NCBI RefSeq assembly: GCF_001412615.1
Contig: NZ_CP013011.1
Span: 1,680,001 to 1,712,000 of the forward strand
DNA length: 32,000 nucleotides
From: Pyrodictium delaneyi
Lineage (GTDB): Archaea > Thermoproteota > Thermoprotei_A > Sulfolobales > Pyrodictiaceae
Reading direction: 5' to 3'
Below the pieces are notes generated by a model. That model searched no databases. It was given only the letters and a program-made list of their open reading frames with translations, and had not been told where the DNA came from. Both the position numbers and the translations under genes were made by a program. Positions 16,596 through 24,870 of this stretch are shown here, piece after piece. Each line of letters starts with the position of its first letter. Position 1 is the stretch's first letter.

Positions 16596-18143
16596 CTATC
16601 TATTCGTTAATATTTTGATTATTTGAGACTTATAATAATCTTCAACTAGTAAGCGTAGACTCTTAAAGTCACATGATATACATGATTTTAGCAATGAAGT
16701 AAATTTTTCTATCCTATCTTGTATATAACTATAGTCTAAACCGTATAGTTCAGCTATAAGTCTTATACGATAACTTGAATTTATAAGGCTCTCTACGTCT
16801 AAAGGATGTAATAGATCTTCGCGCGGATTCCACTTAAACAATGTTATGAAGTCTATGGTATTGTTGGCTGGCACTACTTCAACGATCTCTACTACTCTAC
16901 GGGCCTCTATGCCGCTCGCTAAACGTACTCTTCTGAGTACTATTATGAGCCATAATAGCTGCAGAAAGCTATCGCCTAGATTTATTGGGTTACTGCGCAA
17001 CCTCTGCAGAGCAGACTCAGGAGAATCGGCATGGAATGTGGCTAACGCAGCATGTCCGCTGCCCGCTGCGTGAATGAACACACGTGCTTCTTCGCCCCTC
17101 ATCTCGCCTATAACGAAGTAATCTGGTCTCCGCCTTAGCGCAAATTTTGCAAGCTTATAGATGTCTATGTCCTCGCCCTCATAGTCGCTATACGTATACC
17201 TCGTGACAAGGCTATCCCACTGACTGTAAGGCAAGTTAAGCTCGGGAGTATCCTCTATTGTCACTATTCGGGCATACGGTGGCACTAATGAGAGTAATGC
17301 TTGTAGGAAAGTTGTCTTTCCAGATGCCGTAGGGCCTACTATTAATATTGCAGGTCTATACTCCATGAGGAACCAAAGATATGCTGCAGCAAGTACAGAA
17401 AGTACGTTATCAGCTATTAGAGTCGTAATAGGTAATGGTTCTATGCGATGCTTCCTTATAACAAGTGAGGATCCAAAGCGACTAATTTCTTTAGAGAATG
17501 TTGCTGCTACACGATGACCTTCCGGCAGTAATGCTTCAAGGTATGGATGTGCAAAGCTTACATCACGTCCACTCTTTCTAGCCAATTGTATTATGAGGTT
17601 GTCCAGCAGCTGTTCGTGTAGGGAAACGTTTGTCTTTATCCAGCCAATTGGTAAGTGACGGTGAACTATATATGCATAGGTATTAGGAGCATTAACAGCT
17701 ATTTCCTCTATATTAGGGTCTTCTATGAGTGGATAAAGAGGTCCGTATCCACTTAAACCCTTAGCTATTAGATAGCTCATTACTGTGTAGTTCGATTTCA
17801 AAAAGTCATAGTCTATTCCGTATCTTTCTGCGAATCTCTTGAGTTCAGTATGGTTTGAGGGTAAAGATTGCAGTCCTTCGGCTATGACTCCTTCTATTAT
17901 CAGTGCTACAGTATTTAGAAATTCATCATCGCCGATTACCGGCTCATTTATGCAATAGATTATTTCGTCCTCCCTATTGACACCTATTACTATATCCACG
18001 ACACCGGAAACAGTATATTTCCTAATAGTGTTTTTAATGCGGTCATTACAAGTTAGCGGTTTAATCATTTCTACTAGGAGTATATCTAGATCATCCCTGT
18101 TGTTCTTATGCAACCCGTGCAGATTAGTAAATTTGAAGTTCAA
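16596..18143 (-). CDS. Type IV pilus/archaellum-type secretion ATPase (FlaI/GspE/VirB11 family)
   Basis: Walker A GPTASGKTT, Asp box IEDTPEL, Walker B DYFVIGEMRG and His box ALATFHADS. Confidence 0.8.
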   Translation of the reverse strand: MNFKFTNLHGLHKNNRDDLDILLVEMIKPLTCNDRIKNTIRKYTVSGVVDIVIGVNREDEIIYCINEPVIGDDEFLNTVALIIEGVIAEGLQSLPSNHTELKRFAERYGIDYDFLKSNYTVMSYLIAKGLSGYGPLYPLIEDPNIEEIAVNAPNTYAYIVHRHLPIGWIKTNVSLHEQLLDNLIIQLARKSGRDVSFAHPYLEALLPEGHRVAATFSKEISRFGSSLVIRKHRIEPLPITTLIADNVLSVLAAAYLWFLMEYRPAILIVGPTASGKTTFLQALLSLVPPYARIVTIEDTPELNLPYSQWDSLVTRYTYSDYEGEDIDIYKLAKFALRRRPDYFVIGEMRGEEARVFIHAAGSGHAALATFHADSPESALQRLRSNPINLGDSFLQLLWLIIVLRRVRLASGIEARRVVEIVEVVPANNTIDFITLFKWNPREDLLHPLDVESLINSSYRIRLIAELYGLDYSYIQDRIEKFTSLLKSCISCDFKSLRLLVEDYYKSQIIKILTNR

Positions 18144-18221
18144 GGCACTGGCCCCAGTGAATATTTAGACTTAGAATTATGTTTTTACATAATATTTAAG
18201 ATTATTAAAAAATATTTTACG

Positions 18222-18620
18222 TCAAGATATTTTTATAGGCTCTGTAGTATATGTTTTGTCACCCATATCATACTCTATAACCATAACTGATGGTGTTGGA
18301 CATATTGTCTTATTTATTGATACACGAAGAGATTTTGTTTCTCCTGCGTCTATTACTTGAGATATTGGTATGTCGAGTGCTTCACCGTTAGCACAATCTA
18401 TATGTACAGCGGTTATGTTTACTACTTGCGATCCACTGTTATCTAGTGTCACATATACGATGCCCAAATCCTGGAGGTATTCAGCGTTGTAGGCGTAGAG
18501 TATTGGTTTGTCAGCAACAGTCTCTATGGTGTCTATGAAGTATTGATACATTATTGCACCTGCGGCTAGTGTTGCCATTAGTAGTATTACTGCCGAGAGT
18601 ATAGGAGATAGCGCTCTCAT
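18222..18620 (-). CDS. Archaeal type IV pilin-like protein with class III signal peptide
   Basis: The N-terminus MRA|LSPILSAVILLMATLAAGAIMY matches the (K/R)(G/A)-LSP(V/I) prepilin-peptidase site followed by a hydrophobic helix. A T6 tract on the coding strand (complement of 18207-18212) follows the stop. Confidence 0.7.
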   Translation of the reverse strand: MRALSPILSAVILLMATLAAGAIMYQYFIDTIETVADKPILYAYNAEYLQDLGIVYVTLDNSGSQVVNITAVHIDCANGEALDIPISQVIDAGETKSLRVSINKTICPTPSVMVIEYDMGDKTYTTEPIKIS

Positions 18621-18712
18621 GACTCTCTCCAGGATTCTATATTTCTCTACTGGGTTGTAGTAGCAGTTTATTGTTAGAAATGCTTTTAATTGTAGAAGTA
18701 GTTTCGGGCTAG

Positions 18713-18720
18713 TTATTTAA
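18713..18720 (+). promoter_or_regulatory. TATA-like box for top6B
   Basis: TTATTTAA about 37-44 nt upstream of the ATG at 18757, implying a short leader. Confidence 0.35.
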
Positions 18721-18756
18721 GGTCTCTAGTGCTGAAAACAAACGAGGGCTAGGGTA

Positions 18757-20361
18757 ATGGCTAAGAGACAGCAAGTAGCTCAACAAGAAAGCTTCCGTAG
18801 CATGACACCATCGCAATTCTTCTATGAATACAGGGAGGTCGCTGGTTTTGGCAGTCCATCACGCGCGCTATATCAAACTGTACGTGAACTAGTTGAGAAC
18901 GCTCTTGACGCAACAGATGTGCATGGTATACTACCAGACATAACACTTGTAATAGAGCAAATCCCCGAACACCCCAGTTATTACCGAATAACCGTTGAAG
19001 ATAACGGTATAGGTATTCAGCCACAACACGTACCATACGCGTTTGGACAGGTATTATACAGCTCAAAGTACAAGCTCCGGCAGGCCCGTGGCCGCTTTGG
19101 CTTGGGCGCGAAAATGGCTATACTATACGGGCAGATTAAGACAGGTCAACCAGTAGAAGTATACACATCACCCATAGGCTCTTCTAAGATATACTTCTTC
19201 CGGATAAAAATAGATATAGAAAGGAACAAGCCAATAGTACTAGCTAAAGGCGAATATCCTAATCCAAGTGGTTGGCATGGAACACGTGTAAGTGTCGTAA
19301 TAGAAGGCGACTGGCCTAGGGCCCGTCACCGTGTTCACGAGTACATAAGAAGGACAGCTATAGCAGCACCCTATGCTAATATAACATTCATAGACCCTGA
19401 CGGTAATATAACGGTATACCATAGGACTATAGACAAACTCCCTAAACAGCCTAGAGAGGTAAAGCCACATCCCCAGGGAGTGGACATAGAGCTGCTGAAA
19501 CAGTTAATAAGAAAATCAAAAGCAACTACGCTCCTTGAGTTCTTAATAGATGCATTCCAAGGTGTAGGGCGTAAAACTGCTGAGGCATTCCTCGATTGGG
19601 CTGGGTTTGACAAGAACCTCGATCCTCATAAGTTAGATGATAGAAAGCTTGAGAAACTGGCAAGAAAGCTAAGAGAGTATCAGAGGTTTAGGCCACCGAG
19701 CGCTGACGCGCTTTCCCCCTTCGGTCCAGAAATCATAGAAGCAGGTCTAAGGACCATACTAAAGCCCGAGTTTGTCGCAGCAGTAACTAGGCGTCCAAGA
19801 GCCTATGAGGGCCACTCATTCATAGTAGAGGTTGGCATAGCCTACGGGGGACAAATACCACCATCTAGTGAGCCTATACTTTTAAGATATGCCAATAAGA
19901 TACCTCTACTTTATGACGAGAAATCCGACGTAGCATGGAAAGTTGTAGACCCAAAGAACTTCGACTGGCGAAACTACCTAGTAGTATTCCCAGCACCCGT
20001 TGCAGTATTGACCCATATAGCTAGTACAAAAGTGCCATACAAAGGTGTAGGAAAGGAGAGCGTTGCCGACGTGCCGGAGATAGAGCAGGAGCTCCGTAAC
20101 GCGCTTCGAGAAGCAGCTAGAAAACTTAGAGAATATCTCCTGCAGAAGAAGAAGGAAGAGGAAGCTAAGAAGCGCGTAATAACCTTCATGAAGTATACAC
20201 CCGAGATAGCAAAGAGTCTAGCAACAATACTGAAGGACTACAGCGTGGATGAGAATAGTATAAGGGAAATGCTCCTAACAGCCATGAAAAAGAGGCTGCG
20301 GATAGAGGATGAGAAGTTTGCAAAACTAGTAGAAGGGCTAGAGGTAAACATAGAAGAATAA
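18757..20361 (+). CDS. top6B: DNA topoisomerase VI subunit B
   Basis: GHKL/Bergerat motifs ELVENALDA and DNGIGI. Immediately followed by top6A. Confidence 0.9.
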   Translation: MAKRQQVAQQESFRSMTPSQFFYEYREVAGFGSPSRALYQTVRELVENALDATDVHGILPDITLVIEQIPEHPSYYRITVEDNGIGIQPQHVPYAFGQVLYSSKYKLRQARGRFGLGAKMAILYGQIKTGQPVEVYTSPIGSSKIYFFRIKIDIERNKPIVLAKGEYPNPSGWHGTRVSVVIEGDWPRARHRVHEYIRRTAIAAPYANITFIDPDGNITVYHRTIDKLPKQPREVKPHPQGVDIELLKQLIRKSKATTLLEFLIDAFQGVGRKTAEAFLDWAGFDKNLDPHKLDDRKLEKLARKLREYQRFRPPSADALSPFGPEIIEAGLRTILKPEFVAAVTRRPRAYEGHSFIVEVGIAYGGQIPPSSEPILLRYANKIPLLYDEKSDVAWKVVDPKNFDWRNYLVVFPAPVAVLTHIASTKVPYKGVGKESVADVPEIEQELRNALREAARKLREYLLQKKKEEEAKKRVITFMKYTPEIAKSLATILKDYSVDENSIREMLLTAMKKRLRIEDEKFAKLVEGLEVNIEE

Positions 20362-20378
20362 AGGGGGTGAGGTAAGTC

Positions 20379-21548
20379 GTGTCCACAATAGACGAGTACA
20401 TAGATAAAGCTGACATTGAGGCTAGGAAGCGTGCACTGCAGGTATTTAGGGAACGATTCAAAGAGATATTTGAGCAGATAAAGAGAGGAGAAAACCCAAC
20501 CATAATGCTGCCGAAGAGAACTCTAGCAAACACCATCTACGATGAGAAGAGGAAGCTACTACTACTAGGCCCAGAAAAGTTACGCCGAAGCTTCTTCGAC
20601 CTACATGAGTCTAAGAAGTTCATGCAGACACTGCTAATGGCTAGAATAATATACGAGGCGCTCGAGAGAGATGAGTATCCGACAATCCGTGACCTCTACT
20701 ACCGAGGCAAGCATACTATAGTGTACCGTGAGCCAGGCGGCCGTAGACACGAAGAAAACACGTGGGACGAGCAGCGCGAATCAGATGCAGTAATACGAGA
20801 CATAGAAGTCTTTACAGGATTGCTCCGCGAAGAGATGTTGATACTCAGCAAGGAGAAGGGGAAAGTAGTAGGAAACATGAGAATAAGAAGCGGGAACGAC
20901 ATAATAGACCTCAGCAAGATGGGCCATGGAGCCTATGCCATAGAGCCTACTCCTGACCTCATAGAGTTCATAGATGTCGACGCTGAATATGTGCTAGTGG
21001 TGGAGAAGGACGCAGTATTCCAGCAACTACACCGTATAGGCTTCTGGAAGAGGCACAAAGCGATACTAATAACGAGCGCAGGTCAGCCTGACAGAGCTAC
21101 GAGAAGATTCGTAAGGAGACTAAACGAGGAGCTAGGGCTACCAGTATACATACTAACAGACGCTGACCCCTATGGATGGTACATATACAGCGTATTTAAG
21201 ATAGGCTCAATAACATTGAGCTACGAAAGTGAGCGCCTCGCAACACCAAAGGCCAGATTCATAGGAGTAAGCATGACAGATATATTTGGGCATGGTAAGA
21301 AAAAGCCATACCTAACTGAGCAGGAACGACGCAACTACATAATAAAGGCGAAGGATGCCGACATAAAGAGGGCATACGAACTACGCAACTACAGGTGGTT
21401 CCAGACAAAGAAGTGGCAAATAGAGATAGACATATTCCTAAAGAAGAAGGCAAAGCTAGAGATAGAGGCAATGACTAGCAAAGGTCTAAGATTCCTTGCT
21501 GATAAGTATCTGCCAGAGAAAATCGAGACCGGTGACTGGATAGAGTAG
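20379..21548 (+). CDS. top6A: DNA topoisomerase VI subunit A (Spo11 family)
   Basis: RDLYYRG (catalytic Tyr region) and Toprim blocks VVEKDAVF and TDADPYGW. GTG start preceded by GGGGGTGAGG. Confidence 0.9.
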   Translation: MSTIDEYIDKADIEARKRALQVFRERFKEIFEQIKRGENPTIMLPKRTLANTIYDEKRKLLLLGPEKLRRSFFDLHESKKFMQTLLMARIIYEALERDEYPTIRDLYYRGKHTIVYREPGGRRHEENTWDEQRESDAVIRDIEVFTGLLREEMLILSKEKGKVVGNMRIRSGNDIIDLSKMGHGAYAIEPTPDLIEFIDVDAEYVLVVEKDAVFQQLHRIGFWKRHKAILITSAGQPDRATRRFVRRLNEELGLPVYILTDADPYGWYIYSVFKIGSITLSYESERLATPKARFIGVSMTDIFGHGKKKPYLTEQERRNYIIKAKDADIKRAYELRNYRWFQTKKWQIEIDIFLKKKAKLEIEAMTSKGLRFLADKYLPEKIETGDWIE

Positions 21549-21590
21549 ATTCGAGAAACATGAATCCGTCACAGCTATTTACCCATACAA

Positions 21591-22346
21591 ATGAAAGCTC
21601 TCCTATCAGTGGTAATGATAATGTTGCACGAGAAACTATGCAGTATTAGTAGTAGCGAGTTAGCTTCGCGGATAGACCACGCCATACTAAAGCCATGGTT
21701 GGCTAGAAAAGAGCTAGAACAAGCGATTAACGATCTTGAGGAACTTAACCTTAGATGCCTAATACTAAGTCCACAACTCCTAAGAGAGGCACATGGAATT
21801 ACGGGCAAGTGCCTAGGCGTAGTCGTAGGGTTCCCTTTCGGATATCATAGCATAGAAGCCAAGATAAAAGAATTAGAGGATGTAATAGCTCTAGGAGCAA
21901 GAGAGATAGACTATGTAACTAATACCCAGCTCTATCTGCTTGGCAGAAAGGATGAGTATGCTAATGAGATACGTGCAGTGACAACAATATGCAGAGAAGC
22001 AGAAGTTACTTGCAAGATAATAATAGAGACCCCCGCTTTAACTCAAAGCCAGATAAAAGAGGTAACAAGGCTCGTAGCTGAGTATGAGCCAGACTTTATC
22101 AAGACTAGCACAGGGTTCGGCCCCCGACACACTTTGCCGGACGACATAGTGATAATAGACAGTACGCTCAGAAAGATCGGAAAGAGAGATATTATAAAAA
22201 TCAAGGCAGCTGGAGGTATAAGAACCGGACTACAAGCAGCAATACTGCTCTCACTAGGTGCAGACGTAATAGGGACGAGTACTCCCCGCCAAATACTTGA
22301 AACTTATCGTGACCTTTGTACCAGTAATAGAAGTTGTACCAAATAA
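21591..22346 (+). CDS. deoC: Deoxyribose-phosphate aldolase
   Basis: IDHAILKP, the Schiff-base Lys block FIKTSTGF and IKAAGGIRT. The true start may be one of the internal Met codons (MIMLHEK). Confidence 0.75.
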   Translation: MKALLSVVMIMLHEKLCSISSSELASRIDHAILKPWLARKELEQAINDLEELNLRCLILSPQLLREAHGITGKCLGVVVGFPFGYHSIEAKIKELEDVIALGAREIDYVTNTQLYLLGRKDEYANEIRAVTTICREAEVTCKIIIETPALTQSQIKEVTRLVAEYEPDFIKTSTGFGPRHTLPDDIVIIDSTLRKIGKRDIIKIKAAGGIRTGLQAAILLSLGADVIGTSTPRQILETYRDLCTSNRSCTK

Positions 22347-22380
22347 TTGGAGTTGCGTAAGAGGTAGACTCGTAAAAAGA

Positions 22381-22444
22381 AGAGGATGATGAAACGACGG
22401 TCTCAAGAGCGTTCGCAATGAAGAACATTCTCCTTTCTGACCCC
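22381..22444 (+). ncRNA. C/D box sRNA
   Basis: ATGATGA (C, 22386-22392), 12 nt, AAGA (degenerate D'), 9 nt, ATGAAGA (C', 22418-22424), 12 nt, CTGA (D, 22437-22440). The flanking GAGG/CCCC can form a partial terminal stem. Confidence 0.6.
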
Positions 22445-22472
22445 AGCCTTCTCTAAGTGATTAAGTGATATA

Positions 22473-22540
22473 GAGTTCAGCTGAGACAGGTATCACCATC
22501 CCCTAGTCTAATGGGTCAGAACCCCTTTCTCATCACAACA
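22473..22540 (-). ncRNA. C/D box sRNA
   Basis: Reverse strand: GTGATGA (C, complement of 22530-22536), 10 nt, CTGA (D', complement of 22516-22519), 16 nt, ATGGTGA (C', complement of 22493-22499), 12 nt, CTGA (D, complement of 22477-22480). Confidence 0.5.
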
Positions 22541-22574
22541 TCATAGCTGTAAGTATTGGTTATCTCCCTTGTAT

Positions 22575-22736
22575 CTACTCCTCTTCTATTCTCTCAATAA
22601 TTTCATGGAATGTATTCCTTTTACAAAATCTACAGTAATGATAAAGCTTTCCACTAGAGAGTTTCGTCAAATCAAAACTTACTTCAAGCTCCCATTTATT
22701 ACCACATGAAGTACACTTCAACAACCACTTGGTCAC
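22575..22736 (-). CDS. Small zinc-ribbon protein (53 aa, CxxC...CxxC), not in the ORF track
   Basis: My translation is VTKWLLKCTSCGNKWELEVSFDLTKLSSGKLYHYCRFCKRNTFHEIIERIEEE*. GTG start 15 nt after the upstream stop, preceded by AGAGGGG. It falls below the apparent 60-aa cutoff of the track. Confidence 0.5.
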   Translation of the reverse strand: MTKWLLKCTSCGNKWELEVSFDLTKLSSGKLYHYCRFCKRNTFHEIIERIEEE

Positions 22737-22751
22737 GGATAACCCCTCTTT

Positions 22752-23495
22752 CTATCTCTTCCTTCTCCTCTCCCAGTGCTTTGGACGTCCTCTACCCCTA
22801 TTCTTACCGCTTGAGGACGGGTTTTCTCTAGCTCTTATCAATCCTCTTCTCACAAGCTCATTGAGAACACGTCTAAGTACTCGTCTAACACGCCATCTAC
22901 GCTCTATACTACCATAGAGTCTCACTGCGGTAGAGCGTATACTATTTGTCGTAGTCAAGTCACGCAGTATTTTCTTCTCCTCCTCGGAGAGTGTGTCTGA
23001 CAAATAGCGTAGTCCAAGTCTCGCAATATCGGCAGGTTCTAAACCCAGGTATGGATCCTGGGGCTCAAGCGACGAGAGATCTTGAACGACTTCAAACTCT
23101 ATAATAGTTACGTAGTCGTCTTCGTTGAAGTCGCCATACATACGTCTAAGAGCCTCTAGGAGTTCATCTTTATTCTTAAACCCATCTTTTTTTGCATCCT
23201 CCTCGGTGAGTTCGGAAACTCGCTTGTATACAACATTAGTTACACGTACCTTCGCAACAGGCCTCCCACCGCCATGAACAATTAACTCGTTATATTTTAC
23301 ACGCACCCTACCAAGCCTAATAGTCGTCCTCTTTTTGCCAGATAGTATGTCCTTAACAAATTCGCCTTTGACCATTAAATGTCTTCCGAGGAATTTGCTT
23401 CGCTCTCTTCGCTGCTCCTCCACGTATACCCCCATTGATGTTGTAGGGTAGTTGGTGGGAGGCTTTTTAGACGCATTTTGTCTCCCAGAAAACAC
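22752..23495 (-). CDS. ASCH (PUA-like) domain protein fused to a helix-turn-helix-like segment and a C-terminal AT-hook-like basic tail
   Basis: ASCH block FVKDILSGKKRTTIRLG...LTEEDAKKDGFKNKDELLEALRRMYG. C-terminus RVLNELVRRGLIRA followed by KNRGRGRPKHWERRRKR (GRGRPK core). The start may be an internal Met (23435 or 23375). Confidence 0.6.
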   Translation of the reverse strand: MFSGRQNASKKPPTNYPTTSMGVYVEEQRRERSKFLGRHLMVKGEFVKDILSGKKRTTIRLGRVRVKYNELIVHGGGRPVAKVRVTNVVYKRVSELTEEDAKKDGFKNKDELLEALRRMYGDFNEDDYVTIIEFEVVQDLSSLEPQDPYLGLEPADIARLGLRYLSDTLSEEEKKILRDLTTTNSIRSTAVRLYGSIERRWRVRRVLRRVLNELVRRGLIRARENPSSSGKNRGRGRPKHWERRRKR

Positions 23496-23559
23496 TAGGG
23501 GCTATGAAGGTGTGTCTACTATAGGAGATCCCGGCCCCTATATTCCTTGATATATGTTT

Positions 23560-23618
23560 ATGAAGGGCCGGGTGTCTGACACAGCCAAGACGTGTATGAA
23601 GATGGGCCAAAGCGCTGA
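23560..23618 (+). ncRNA. Weak C/D box sRNA candidate
   Basis: ATGAAGG, 9 nt, CTGA (23576-23579), 16 nt, ATGAAGA (23596-23602), 12 nt, CTGA (23615-23618). C boxes are non-canonical and there is no adjacent terminal stem. Confidence 0.25.
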
Positions 23619-23659
23619 GCCCCTACTATGGGATTCTATTACCATCATCTTATCATTCG

Positions 23660-24814
23660 TTATCTGTGAATCGATGCAGGCTTAAGTACGCTATGAGGTG
23701 TGGTTCTACTGTTTGCGGCTATGATAGCTCCTACCTTTAGACCCTCGAGAGGATGAGTTGATGTAACTACTATTTCTCCTGCAACACCAGTATATGGTAC
23801 GTTTTCTGTCACAGTATAAGGTGCTACGTGGGCTTCTTTACCAACGACACTATCGGCAATATAACTATGTGAACCTATTCGTGCCCTGTCATAAATTATA
23901 CTCCTTTTAACTTCTGAGTAGGCTCCAACCAAAGCTCCCTCATATACAGCTACATTATTCCTTAGAAATGAGTGAGCGCCTATGCGAGCACCGCGGGCAA
24001 TGAAGACTGGTCCTTTTAGCACTGCGTAATGGTCTATGAAGGCGTCATCGTCTATGAAAACGGGAGGCTCTATAATAGCTGTGTCTTTAATCGTAGCATG
24101 GTCGCTTACATAAACGCCTTTCAGACTAGATAGAGCCAGCCTAACTGCGAGTAAATAATCCCATGGTGTGTCTAGATCGACCCATTCTCCGAGCCACATA
24201 TTTGCATGTATGCGTTGTCTCTTAGCGATGTGTGTAAGCGCATCATGTAGTGACATATCTTGTTGACATATAAGGCTTCTTAATTCGTTGACATTAACAG
24301 TCATTAAGCCTGCAAATACTAGTTGCCCTCTGCCCATGCCTATTATAGACATCTCTATAGGGTCTATGTCAACTTGTAAGAATGATCCTCTAAGCATGAC
24401 AGGCCGAGTAACAGTCATTACGGGTTCATAGTATCTTGCAACAATGTTCATATGTGAATCTATCATGTTTGATGGAGCATATATATCACCATAAAGTATT
24501 GTTACGATTTTTTCACCACTTGCACTAATTGCTGAAAAACTATCACATATGGCTCCCTCAATACCAGGTGAACGTTGTTCAACAAACATGCATCCAGGTA
24601 AGGTGCTGCAGACGCTACCTACACGAGGATCATCTGAAACTACAATAACTCTATCAAAATGTTTAAGCATAGATTTAACATGAGTTTCCAGTAGTGTTCC
24701 CTTAGGGAATTTTAGTAATGAGCGAGAGGTAGCATCTCCCAAGACGAGTCTTAATAACTTAGGTGATCCGCCAGCAAGAACAACGCCTATCATGAGGCCT
24801 GCGCCTCTCCTCAC
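23660..24814 (-). CDS. Bifunctional sugar-1-phosphate nucleotidylyltransferase / left-handed beta-helix acetyltransferase (archaeal GlmU-like, ST0452-type)
   Basis: N-terminal VVLAGGS...RL nucleotidyltransferase loop, VDLDTPWDYL linker and C-terminal hexapeptide repeats (IGAHSFLRNNVAVYEGALVGAYSEVKRSIIYDRARIGSHSYI). Directly downstream of glmS. Confidence 0.65.
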   Translation of the reverse strand: MRRGAGLMIGVVLAGGSPKLLRLVLGDATSRSLLKFPKGTLLETHVKSMLKHFDRVIVVSDDPRVGSVCSTLPGCMFVEQRSPGIEGAICDSFSAISASGEKIVTILYGDIYAPSNMIDSHMNIVARYYEPVMTVTRPVMLRGSFLQVDIDPIEMSIIGMGRGQLVFAGLMTVNVNELRSLICQQDMSLHDALTHIAKRQRIHANMWLGEWVDLDTPWDYLLAVRLALSSLKGVYVSDHATIKDTAIIEPPVFIDDDAFIDHYAVLKGPVFIARGARIGAHSFLRNNVAVYEGALVGAYSEVKRSIIYDRARIGSHSYIADSVVGKEAHVAPYTVTENVPYTGVAGEIVVTSTHPLEGLKVGAIIAANSRTTPHSVLKPASIHR

Positions 24815-24870
24815 GGCTATAGAGTGTTCGGCAACTAATTAGCAGCTACTACTTTACAATATTAGTGCCT

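Noticed and set aside
15244-18756. AT-rich pilus block as an integrated mobile element or provirus
   Set aside because: No integrase, transposase, flanking direct repeats or tRNA attachment site is visible. The low G+C could equally reflect membrane or secreted-protein composition.
22201-22428. 75-aa minus-strand ORF overlapping the deoC 3' end and the intergenic region
   Set aside because: It overlaps the deoC coding end and the plus-strand C/D box sRNA, and has no motif. The sRNA architecture explains the region better.
23660-24814. GlmU-like protein as a degenerate or inactive nucleotidyltransferase, because its N-terminal loop reads LAGGSPKLLRL rather than the usual G-x-G-T-R form
   Set aside because: Archaeal ST0452-type enzymes also deviate from the bacterial consensus, and the Arg and downstream Lys contexts are present. 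I cannot judge activity by eye.
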